A stretch of DNA of 48,445 bases from a virus. Positions 36,387-43,557 of this stretch are shown here, piece by piece. The notes below the pieces were generated by a model that saw only the letters and a program-made list of their open reading frames with translations, was not told the origin of the DNA and did no database searches. The stretch covers positions 1 through 48,445 of the IMG/VR virus record IMGVR_UViG_3300021321_000001; one strand, given 5' to 3'. The translations under genes and the position numbers were made by a program. Each line of letters starts with the position of its first letter. Position 1 is the stretch's first letter.

Positions 36387-36412
36387 CGGATGGTTGTTGC
36401 GCTCTACACAAC
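36387..36412 (-). promoter_or_regulatory. Copy 2 of the 14-mer GCAACAACCATCCG (- strand) fused to operator-like GTTGCGCTCTACACAAC
   Basis: The 14-mer at 36400-36387 lies 56 nt upstream of ATG 36344. The 17-mer is at 36396-36412 and overlaps the int stop. Confidence 0.5.
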
Positions 36413-37486
36413 AGGGGCGGTGACAACCTCAAGCCACTTCCAACCCGCGTATTTATCGCCGCGCTGGCGCAATTGCGTGTAGCGCTTGAGGCTCGTCCAT
36501 GAGCGATGGCCGGAGACGGCGGCGGCGTGCGGGATGTTGTAGCCCTGTTCGAACAGCCACGACACGCCTTCGTGCCTCATGTCGTGGAAATGCAAATCCT
36601 CGATCTCAAGGAATTGGCACGCGCGCGTGAACGCGGCGCTGATCGCGTCGGCAGAGTAGGGGAAGATCAGATCGCCATCGCGCGGCATTGCCTTGATGAT
36701 CTGAATGGCTGGCTCGGGCAGGTCGCACCATGTGTCATTGCCTTCCTTCTGGCCGGGGTGCTTCATGTCGCGAACGAGGACGCGCTTGTGCTCCTCCTCA
36801 AAGTCGGCCCATGCGAGGCGGGTGATTTCCTCCTGGCGGCGGGTCGAGAAAATGCCGAAGGCGATTAAACGGCACATTGGCGCGGACTTGCGGCGGCGTT
36901 CCTGGCGCTCCTTGAAATGGGACATCAGCTTGTCCAGCTCGTCCAGCGTGGGCCTCCTGTCGCGCTCCTTGCTCTTGGATACGATGCCCAGCCGGCGCAG
37001 CACGGTTTGCGCGTCCTTCATCGCGGCGTAGTCCAACGGGTATTTCCACATGGGCCGGGCCACGGCGAAGATCGAGGCGAGGTGCGAGAGGTAGTTCCCG
37101 CGCGTCTGCGGCTCGACGTCGAGCTGCTTCGCAAAGTCGGCGATCGTGTCGCTCTCGATCTGCGAGCATCGCTTGCCGGCAATGTCATAGGTCTTGATCG
37201 CGCGGAGTACCTGGGCCTTGGTCCGGCCTAGTTCCTTCTCGCTCTCGTCAATGTACCGATCGATGACCACGGACAACGGCGGGTCGTTGGTCGCCAGCTT
37301 CGCGCGCTCGATCGCGCCGGGCTTCGAAAGCTCGTCCTCGCGCCGGGCGATCCAGGCGGCGGCGGCCGGCCGGCGATCGAACGTCTCGGTCTCGCGATGA
37401 ACAACCTTGCCCTCGCGCTTGATGATGATCTTTGCCATATAGGCTTTGCCGCCCTTCTTCCGGGCGCGCTCGACGATCGTTCCCAT
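36404..37486 (-). CDS. int: Tyrosine recombinase / phage integrase
   Basis: 360 aa with catalytic signature R (STRRQEE), HDMRHEG (HxxR) and GHRSW..LKRY (H..Y). Confidence 0.9.
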   Translation of the reverse strand: MGTIVERARKKGGKAYMAKIIIKREGKVVHRETETFDRRPAAAAWIARREDELSKPGAIERAKLATNDPPLSVVIDRYIDESEKELGRTKAQVLRAIKTYDIAGKRCSQIESDTIADFAKQLDVEPQTRGNYLSHLASIFAVARPMWKYPLDYAAMKDAQTVLRRLGIVSKSKERDRRPTLDELDKLMSHFKERQERRRKSAPMCRLIAFGIFSTRRQEEITRLAWADFEEEHKRVLVRDMKHPGQKEGNDTWCDLPEPAIQIIKAMPRDGDLIFPYSADAISAAFTRACQFLEIEDLHFHDMRHEGVSWLFEQGYNIPHAAAVSGHRSWTSLKRYTQLRQRGDKYAGWKWLEVVTAPVV

Positions 37487-37490
37487 TCGG

Positions 37491-37524
37491 TATCACAAGG
37501 CTCCTGTCGGGATCACAATGTGAT
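37491..37524. promoter_or_regulatory. TATCACA half-site plus the 13-nt palindrome ATCACAATGTGAT upstream of int
   Basis: Palindrome at 37512-37524 read directly. Located 5-38 nt upstream of the int start. Confidence 0.35.
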
Positions 37525-37558
37525 ACTAGCAGGCGAGGAATGCCCGGCGATGTAGGCA

Positions 37559-37585
37559 AATACGCAACAATACGCAACGCGTTGC
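37559..37585. repeat. Tandem AATACGCAAC x2 followed by the palindrome GCAACGCGTTGC (candidate att arm/regulatory sites)
   Basis: 10-mers at 37559-68 and 37569-78. 12-nt palindrome at 37574-85. Confidence 0.45.
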
Positions 37586-37687
37586 GCAACGATCTCAACG
37601 GATAATGCGAGAAAAAACAACGAAATCAGTGGGTTCGGAAAGGTGGCGCTTCTGTACCGCCCCCATGATGGATTGGACGGACTAACG

Positions 37688-37724
37688 AAAAAACATAAGC
37701 CCGGCTAAGTGGTTAGCCGGGCTT
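37688..37724 (-). terminator. Perfect 11-bp hairpin AAGCCCGGCTA/TAGCCGGGCTT with T6 on the - strand
   Basis: Stem at 37697-37707 / 37714-37724. On the - strand it is followed by ATGTTTTTT. Confidence 0.5.
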
Positions 37725-37767
37725 CGCTTTGCGATGTGATCCTTTTGTGATCCAAACGGGGAAGCCG

Positions 37768-38217
37768 ATGAACACGACGGAGCTGCCCCAATACAGCCAC
37801 GTGGTAGGTGCGCTGGGCCCCGTGCTGTATGACCTTCCGGGGAAGCTTATCGCGATTGACGGTCGCCCTGGCTCGGGTAAGACAACGCTCGGACGCTATT
37901 TGGCTTGGCGTTTCAACGTCACACTCCTGGAAGCCGACTTGTTCCTCAAGGAAGGGCTCGGCCATCTCGCGCATCGCACTGAGGAAATAGGTCGAGTTAT
38001 CCAGGCGCGGCTTGCCATCCCACGTCCTGTCATTGTCGATAGCGTTGCGGTCCTGCGACTGTTGAAGGCGCTTCGTCGCAGGCCTGATTTCCTGATCTAC
38101 GTAGTGAATGCCCATGCGGCAGAAGGTGGCCATCTCAAAGGTGAGGTCGCCGCGTATGAGGCCGAGTTCTCGCCGCGCTCCAAAGCAGATTGCGTCATCG
38201 AGCTGGCCCTTGATTGA
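37768..38217 (+). CDS. Orphan small P-loop NTPase / kinase-like protein (149 aa)
   Basis: Walker A GRPGSGKTT and Walker-B-like PVIVDS. It is the only + strand gene between int and the leftward operon. GC appears slightly lower by eye. Confidence 0.7.
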   Translation: MNTTELPQYSHVVGALGPVLYDLPGKLIAIDGRPGSGKTTLGRYLAWRFNVTLLEADLFLKEGLGHLAHRTEEIGRVIQARLAIPRPVIVDSVAVLRLLKALRRRPDFLIYVVNAHAAEGGHLKGEVAAYEAEFSPRSKADCVIELALD

Positions 38218-38227
38218 AAGACGGCTA

Positions 38228-38494
38228 TCACCGCCGCCCGTGTAGCTGGTCGCATTCCTTCCGGGCTGCCGCGTGCCGCTCGTCGATCCAGCGGGCGAGG
38301 TCAGCAATATGGATGCCGCGCGCTGCCTTCGCGCTGGTCTCGATCCGGACCACGGGCAAATCAATCTGGCCTTTGGTAGCTTTCCGGCTGAACTCGTCCG
38401 GCGTCAAGTGCTGGAAGTAGTCCCGGCACACCGCCTCTAGGGGGATAACGGCCGCGCCGTGGTACTGAGCCATAAGCAAGAACGCGGTGTTCAT
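38228..38494 (-). CDS. PrtN-family (pyocin-activator / excisionase-like HTH) protein
   Basis: MNTAFLLMAQYHGAAVIPLEAVCRDYFQHLTPDEF is very close to the PrtN N-terminus as I recall it. Confidence 0.75.
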   Translation of the reverse strand: MNTAFLLMAQYHGAAVIPLEAVCRDYFQHLTPDEFSRKATKGQIDLPVVRIETSAKAARGIHIADLARWIDERHAAARKECDQLHGRR

Positions 38495-38655
38495 CGGTCG
38501 GCCTCACTCTCGATATCTTCAATGTCCTCGTCGTCAACGTCGTGCATGCCCCAAGTCATGATCTCGGGGCACGTCAACAGTGGGAGGCGGAACAGTCCCC
38601 AGTGAGAATAGGAGAACCATTCGAACACCCGGACGCGGTTGCTGATAGGGCTCAT
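38491..38655 (-). CDS. Small protein with an acidic C-terminus (54 aa)
   Basis: ATG 38655 is ATGA-coupled to the LuxR-type gene, and its stop is coupled to the prtN-like start. Confidence 0.45.
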   Translation of the reverse strand: MSPISNRVRVFEWFSYSHWGLFRLPLLTCPEIMTWGMHDVDDEDIEDIESEADR

Positions 38656-38864
38656 TCGATCCATCCTTTGCGCAGGGCGGTGGCGGCGAGGTGCGAGCTG
38701 TTCCGCGCGCCGACGACGCGGCGGGCGATCTTGATCTGCATGTTCACGGAATGGGTGGTGCATCCGATCTTGCCAGAGATGGACGCGGCCGTTTCCCCGT
38801 TCGAGAGAAGGCGCGCAATCTCAAGCTCGCGCGCCGTCAACGGGCATTTTTGGGGCTCGGTCAA
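38652..38864 (-). CDS. LuxR/GerE-type HTH transcriptional regulator (stand-alone DNA-binding domain)
   Basis: LTARELEIARLLSNGETAASISGKIGCTTHSVNMQIKIARR resembles the GerE signature. Confidence 0.75.
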   Translation of the reverse strand: MTEPQKCPLTARELEIARLLSNGETAASISGKIGCTTHSVNMQIKIARRVVGARNSSHLAATALRKGWIE

Positions 38865-39244
38865 ATCTCCCTCCGGTAGATCACGCCATTGATTTCGAGA
38901 ACGTCGGGCATGGGCGGCGGCACGTCGGCCGGGTCGATGCCAAGCTCTGACATGCAGGCGGCGATGTGCTGGGTCTTGAGCGCGGTGTCAGCGTCGAGGC
39001 GGTATTCCACCCACGGGCGATCCTGGCCGGCCACGGTCGCGCGCTCGGCGACGTGCACGGTGCGGCCGTCGTGCTGAACCAGGACGATCTTGGTGAGAAC
39101 GTCCGGCTCGACGATGTTGCCTCGCCAGAAGCGCGAGGCGGATTTGCGCGCCTGGGTCTTGTGCGAGCTCGGTTCCTTGCGCGGGGCCTTGAACACGGTC
39201 CCGCCGTTGCGGCGGAATAGCGCGACGGATGCAAATGGGGTCAT
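38861..39244 (-). CDS. Hypothetical protein (127 aa)
   Basis: ATG 39244 is ATGA-coupled to the HD gene stop, in the frame of track ORF 38861..39307. Confidence 0.55.
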   Translation of the reverse strand: MTPFASVALFRRNGGTVFKAPRKEPSSHKTQARKSASRFWRGNIVEPDVLTKIVLVQHDGRTVHVAERATVAGQDRPWVEYRLDADTALKTQHIAACMSELGIDPADVPPPMPDVLEINGVIYRREI

Positions 39245-39789
39245 GCTGCCCCCGTCAATTCCGCGTAGCGCTCCAGGAAGCGGGCCTTTGCTTCCTCGGG
39301 GGTCCACGTCGGAATTTCAAAGTCATATGGCGCTCGGCCGTGCGTGTGGTGCCAGCGGTCGGCGTTGTTCATCAATTGCCGCTGTTCCGTCGCGAGCATC
39401 CGGATATCGGCCTCCTTGATCGAGACGGGAAGCGGCAGCGACACGTTGAAGCGCTTGAAAACAGCTCTCTCAACGCGCTTCTCAACGGTCGAGTAGTCGG
39501 GGCAAATCACCTTGAGCGGCTTCGCCATGTCTCCAACGGCGAATTCCGGCGCGTCGTGCATCAGACCCTCATAGGCGTATTGCTTTGGCACCATGTGACT
39601 GATGTGAACGCTGTGCTGCGCCACCGAATAGTGGCGGTTGCAATGGCCGGCAAAGCGGCACGTCATGGCGAGGCCGTGCGCAATGTCCTCGATCGTGAAC
39701 GCGCTGGCTTCCGGCGCTTCGAAATCGAAGTAATTGCCGCTGTGCAGTAGGATGGTGGGGCCGACGATGCGGCGGACGGTCTCGTTCAT
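39241..39789 (-). CDS. HD-domain phosphohydrolase
   Basis: H...HD...D pattern (SVAQHSVHISH, GLMHDAPEFAVGD). ATG 39789 is ATGA-coupled to HNH. Confidence 0.75.
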   Translation of the reverse strand: MNETVRRIVGPTILLHSGNYFDFEAPEASAFTIEDIAHGLAMTCRFAGHCNRHYSVAQHSVHISHMVPKQYAYEGLMHDAPEFAVGDMAKPLKVICPDYSTVEKRVERAVFKRFNVSLPLPVSIKEADIRMLATEQRQLMNNADRWHHTHGRAPYDFEIPTWTPEEAKARFLERYAELTGAA

Positions 39790-40142
39790 TGGCAAAGCTC
39801 CGCGATGAAATCGGCGACGGCATACTTGCCGCGCCATGTGTCGGCTTGGTTCCGGCGACGGTGCGCCGCGTCCCATCGGTTGTGACACCGCTGGCAGAGC
39901 GCGCGGCACCGCTCGGGATCGGCGTGGCTCTCGTCGTGGTCCATGTGGGCGATCGTCAGCACAACCTTGCTGCCGGTCTCGGGGTGGGGCTCGCCGTTGC
40001 GGGCTCGGCAGTGCGGGCGATCGGGCGTCCCCTCGCAGCGGTTCGCCGCGCGAAAGAGGATGAAAGCCCGGAATGCCTTCCAGACTTTCGAATAGATTGA
40101 GCCGCCTGGGTAGCGGCTCATTTTCTCGGCGCTGATCGGCAT
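39786..40142 (-). CDS. HNH endonuclease
   Basis: IAHMDHD...ALCQRCHNRWD. The start overlaps the dnaN stop (TGATG). Confidence 0.8.
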   Translation of the reverse strand: MPISAEKMSRYPGGSIYSKVWKAFRAFILFRAANRCEGTPDRPHCRARNGEPHPETGSKVVLTIAHMDHDESHADPERCRALCQRCHNRWDAAHRRRNQADTWRGKYAVADFIAELCQ

Positions 40143-41257
40143 CAGGCCCGCATCGGCATCAGAACGCGGGTCATGGTGGCGTCCTCGTCGTGGATCGAGA
40201 ACGGCGAGCCATGGTCGATCATGCGCAGAGTGATCGCGCCTTGGCAGTTGCTCGCGACCTCGCGCAGATAGCGGCTGTTGAACGCGAACGCGGCCGGCTG
40301 TTCCTTCCCGTCCGGCCATGCCGTCGAGGTCTTGACCTTGGCGCTGCCAAAGTCCGCGCTCCGGCGCTCGATCATGGCGCGGCCGTCCACATTGCTGAAC
40401 TTGATCGCCGTCGTGCGGTCGCCGCCGATCGCCGTCGCCTGATCGATGGCCGCAATGATCTCGTCGCGCTTGAGGTCGAACGTGAAATCGTGGCGGTTCG
40501 GCAAGACGCGGGCATAGTCGGGATAGGTGCCATCGATCAGCTTGGCGCGGATCGTGACACCCGGCGACACGATGTCGATCTTGCCCGGCTCGACGGCGAA
40601 CAGCTTCACGTCCTTGCCGGCGAGGTGCTCGGTGACGATCCGCACCGTCTTGCGCGGGATGATCCGCGTTCCCTCCTGGCCGCCTTCCTTGGCATACTGG
40701 CAAATCGCCATGCGGTGGCCGTCCGTCGCGACAAAGCGGCGATCCTTCGCGGTGACGTGCCACGCCACGCCGTTGAGGTAGTAGCGCGTTTCCTCGGTGG
40801 AAATGCACCACTTCACCTTGTCCAGCGTCGCCGCGAACATGCCGTTCGTGAACGCCTCGATCAGCTCGCCGCGCTCGCCGCCGATCTCGGGATAGTCGGT
40901 TTCGGAAACGGTCTCGATCTCGTAGAAGGCGGCCCCGTCGCCAAGGGTGATCGTGCCTTTCAAGTCGTTGTCAGAGCGCTCGATCCGAACGTTCATGGTG
41001 CCGGCGACGCGGGCGATCCCGGCGAGCACCGACGCGTTGATGCAGGCGGACCATTCGCCGCCAGCTCCGTCGATCACGTCCAGGTCAACGGTGGCCTCAA
41101 GGTCAAGGTCGGTCCCGCTGATGCGCAGGCCGGCGTCGCTGTGGGTGATCCTGACGCAGTTGAGGACCGGGATGGTGTTCCGCCGCTCGATGATGGCCGC
41201 GACGATCTTCATGGCCTGCTTGAGCGCGCGGCCTTCGACGACAACGAACTTGGTCAT
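40142..41257 (-). CDS. dnaN: DNA polymerase III beta sliding clamp homologue
   Basis: 371 aa from ATG 41257. Three-domain length and the hallmark LIDGTYPDYARVLP. Confidence 0.85.
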   Translation of the reverse strand: MTKFVVVEGRALKQAMKIVAAIIERRNTIPVLNCVRITHSDAGLRISGTDLDLEATVDLDVIDGAGGEWSACINASVLAGIARVAGTMNVRIERSDNDLKGTITLGDGAAFYEIETVSETDYPEIGGERGELIEAFTNGMFAATLDKVKWCISTEETRYYLNGVAWHVTAKDRRFVATDGHRMAICQYAKEGGQEGTRIIPRKTVRIVTEHLAGKDVKLFAVEPGKIDIVSPGVTIRAKLIDGTYPDYARVLPNRHDFTFDLKRDEIIAAIDQATAIGGDRTTAIKFSNVDGRAMIERRSADFGSAKVKTSTAWPDGKEQPAAFAFNSRYLREVASNCQGAITLRMIDHGSPFSIHDEDATMTRVLMPMRA

Positions 41258-41661
41258 AGTGATGCCTGGGGTTGGTGGTGGACGGTGGGGATGAAGGTGG
41301 CCGGCTGCTGCTCGGCCTGCTCGGCGAGGACATCCCAAGCGAGGGACGTTTCCTCGGAAACCTCGCCGTCGCGCATGATCTCGTCGGCGGTGATGTTGAA
41401 CAGCTCGCGCGCCCCGGCCGTGGTCTGCTCCCAAGCGGCCTTCGCGGCGGCGCGGCGGCGGTCCCACATGGGTCCGCTGAACGCGCGAAGGAACGCCATG
41501 GTGTCGGTGAAGGCCTGGCGCTGCTTGGTGGTGACGCTGGCGAAATAGCGGCCGGCTGTAGCCTCGGCCGCCTCGACGCGCTCGGCGTGCTCCTGGCTGC
41601 TCTCGAACCTGCGCCAGTGGTGGAAAGCGTAGTCGGCCGGATCGGTCGGCGTTGCGCTCAT
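41254..41661 (-). CDS. Hypothetical early protein (135 aa), first gene behind the 41.7-kb promoter
   Basis: ATG 41661 follows the conserved leader TCACAACAGGACGCAACG. Confidence 0.6.
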   Translation of the reverse strand: MSATPTDPADYAFHHWRRFESSQEHAERVEAAEATAGRYFASVTTKQRQAFTDTMAFLRAFSGPMWDRRRAAAKAAWEQTTAGARELFNITADEIMRDGEVSEETSLAWDVLAEQAEQQPATFIPTVHHQPQASL

Positions 41662-41680
41662 CGTTGCGTCCTGTTGTGAC

Positions 41681-41725
41681 GTTGTGAATATCACAACACT
41701 ATGGACGTGTTTAAAATGGTGTCAA
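41681..41725 (-). promoter_or_regulatory. Leftward early promoter TTGACA-18-TAGTGT overlapped by the perfect operator GTTGTGAATATCACAAC
   Basis: -35 at 41725-41720, -10 at 41701-41696, operator at 41681-41697, extra GTTGTGA at 41673-79. Confidence 0.65.
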
Positions 41726-41748
41726 GCGTGGAGCTACAATTTTGTTGC

Positions 41749-41958
41749 TTACAGCTCTTTGCGCAGTCGGAAAAACATCTGCTTGACGTCCATCAACCGT
41801 AGTTTCCCGGTGTAGTGCTGGCGCAGGATGTGGAGCTGTCGCGCGGCGATCTCGTCGCGCTGCAACTCGCTCTTGGCGGCGAAAAAGGCGCGCATGTCCT
41901 CGACGAACGCGCGGCCGGCTCCAGGCGGCAGTTCCAGGGGCTGCCGCTTCCTCATCAT
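41749..41958 (-). CDS. Hypothetical protein (69 aa)
   Basis: Track ORF, ATGA-coupled upstream. Last gene of the 45.8-kb operon. Confidence 0.5.
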   Translation of the reverse strand: MMRKRQPLELPPGAGRAFVEDMRAFFAAKSELQRDEIAARQLHILRQHYTGKLRLMDVKQMFFRLRKEL

Positions 41959-42137
41959 TCGGCTCCCGTCCTGGCGCGCTCGACACGGGCGATCTCCTTC
42001 GCCTGTTCCTCAGCATCTTGGCGGGACGGGCGGCCGTTGATGGATCGGCGGCCGGGGTTGTCGTCGAAATGGACGAACGTGGAAACCCGGACCTCAAAGC
42101 TTTCTTCGTGCGGGATCAGGCGGACTATGGTTCGCAT
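41955..42137 (-). CDS. Hypothetical protein (60 aa)
   Basis: Track ORF in operon context. Confidence 0.45.
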   Translation of the reverse strand: MRTIVRLIPHEESFEVRVSTFVHFDDNPGRRSINGRPSRQDAEEQAKEIARVERARTGAE

Positions 42138-42152
42138 CCACCGATCATGCCG

Positions 42153-42245
42153 TCACCGGCCAGCAAGAGTCCATAGGATCGCCACGACCAAGATCACCGC
42201 CATGCAAATGGCGGTCATGGCTCCGATCCGATTGAGGCGGTTCAT
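42153..42245 (-). CDS. 30-aa hydrophobic peptide (MNRLNRIGAMTAICMAVILVVAILWTLAGR)
   Basis: Translated by hand. The ATG lies 1 nt after the upstream stop. Confidence 0.35.
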   Translation of the reverse strand: MNRLNRIGAMTAICMAVILVVAILWTLAGR

Positions 42246-42246
42246 G

Positions 42247-42489
42247 TCAGCGGCAACCGCGCGACACATAGCTATCGATTGAGTAGCATGGCCCTTTGGT
42301 AATAACCTCCGGGCTTATCTCGACGGGCTTTGGCTTAACCTTCGTCGGTACGGCGCTGCTCGACCTAAAGTTTGGGAGCAGGTTAGACAGCAACGCAACG
42401 GAAAATGTCACAATAGCGAAGTAGATCAGAAATCGCTTGATCTGGTCATGAATGGTCGGATCTGGCTTTTTTGTCAAATGTTCGTTCAT
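42247..42489 (-). CDS. Membrane protein (80 aa) in a low-GC islet
   Basis: ATG 42489. TM segment FLIYFAIVTFSVALLSNLL. Local GC is visibly below the genome average. Confidence 0.5.
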   Translation of the reverse strand: MNEHLTKKPDPTIHDQIKRFLIYFAIVTFSVALLSNLLPNFRSSSAVPTKVKPKPVEISPEVITKGPCYSIDSYVSRGCR

Positions 42490-42502
42490 TGCAGGACGCT
42501 TT

Positions 42503-42979
42503 CTATGCGATCTGCGGTTGAGTGACAAGGGCGTCTTTCGTCGCCTTCCTCCTCTGCCGGGTTGTCGGTCGTTGCGCCAAGCCAGCCGCCTCGATCTCGG
42601 CGATCGTGATTGGTTGGTCGTTGAGGTAATATTCGCTCGCCCATGCGATCCGGCCGGTGCTCCAGCGACGCCGCCATGTCGTGCATCGGAAGCGGCCTAG
42701 CGGGGTATCGATACCGGCAATGACGTCATGGGCGGGCCCGTGCGCGCCGTCGTCATAGTGCCCGTTCCACATGGTTTGCGCTTCGCGCTGGAGCTGGGCG
42801 AGGTAGTTGACGCGGGATAGCGCCGCGATCTTGACCGGATCGGCCGCGCGCAAGCGTTTAATCGCGGCGATGATCTTGAGCGCCTGGGCGGTCGGCTCGT
42901 CGTCGCCGATGGCGTCATTGGCAACGCGAAGGGCGTCCGTAATCGCCTCGTCGCGGGCGAGGGCGGCGGTAACGCTCAA
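42503..42979 (-). CDS. Hypothetical protein (158 aa)
   Basis: Track ORF. The TTG start overlaps the upstream stop (TTGA). Confidence 0.55.
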   Translation of the reverse strand: MSVTAALARDEAITDALRVANDAIGDDEPTAQALKIIAAIKRLRAADPVKIAALSRVNYLAQLQREAQTMWNGHYDDGAHGPAHDVIAGIDTPLGRFRCTTWRRRWSTGRIAWASEYYLNDQPITIAEIEAAGLAQRPTTRQRRKATKDALVTQPQIA

Positions 42980-43221
42980 AGGCCCAACTCCGGCGACGTC
43001 GAGCCGTAGCGGATAGCGCGACGATCGGCGCGGGCGGTGACGCCGTTCGAAAGGAAGGCCGGGAAGCCGTCCTTGAAATAGCCGGCGTCTCGGGCTCGCT
43101 TGAATGCCTCGTATTTCGCGCCGGCTACGTCGGCGGCGTCAACGTGGCAGTCGGGGAAGCCGTTGCATCGGACGATGTAGCGGCGCAAGGCGAAGGCGGC
43201 TTGTCCTGGGATGCGCTTCAT
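42976..43221 (-). CDS. Hypothetical protein (81 aa)
   Basis: Track ORF with an ATG start. Confidence 0.55.
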   Translation of the reverse strand: MKRIPGQAAFALRRYIVRCNGFPDCHVDAADVAGAKYEAFKRARDAGYFKDGFPAFLSNGVTARADRRAIRYGSTSPELGL

Positions 43222-43224
43222 TGC

Positions 43225-43557
43225 TCAACCCATCATGTACTTGGTGTGCTCGGCCAACGCGCTGGGGCGCGGAGGTCCAGGCGGGCGGGGCGGCTCGGCC
43301 GGCGCGGCAGCATCGCCGGGCGGCGGCTGCTCGAAACCCACAAAGACCGTTTCGTAAGTTGTGCCGTGAATGGCGGTGATCCGGAAGATGCGGCCGGGCT
43401 CGTTGGTGGCGAACCATTTGCGGATCATGTCACCGACGACGGCGGCGCGGCCGTCGCTCTCAGGCCCGAACCAAATCGGCCGGTCCATGATCATGGTCCA
43501 GGGATCGCCCGGTTCGAGCGATCGGAATACGGGTTGCGTGCCTTTTGAGACTATCAT
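43225..43557 (-). CDS. Hypothetical protein (110 aa) with a Pro-rich tail
   Basis: ATG 43557 is ATGA-coupled to the exonuclease stop. Confidence 0.55.
   Translation of the reverse strand: MIVSKGTQPVFRSLEPGDPWTMIMDRPIWFGPESDGRAAVVGDMIRKWFATNEPGRIFRITAIHGTTYETVFVGFEQPPPGDAAAPAEPPRPPGPPRPSALAEHTKYMMG

Noticed and set aside
37705-38364. 219-aa - strand ORF covering the P-loop gene region
   Set aside because: It overlaps the well-supported prtN-like gene at its 5' end and has no motif. The + strand frame has a perfect Walker A and a sensible start with GGGGAAG upstream.
41701-41760. A terminator between the end of the 45.8-kb operon (stop at 41749) and the 41.7-kb promoter
   Set aside because: Only a 5-bp GAGCT/AGCTC stem with a long loop and no T-tract can be drawn, which is not convincing.
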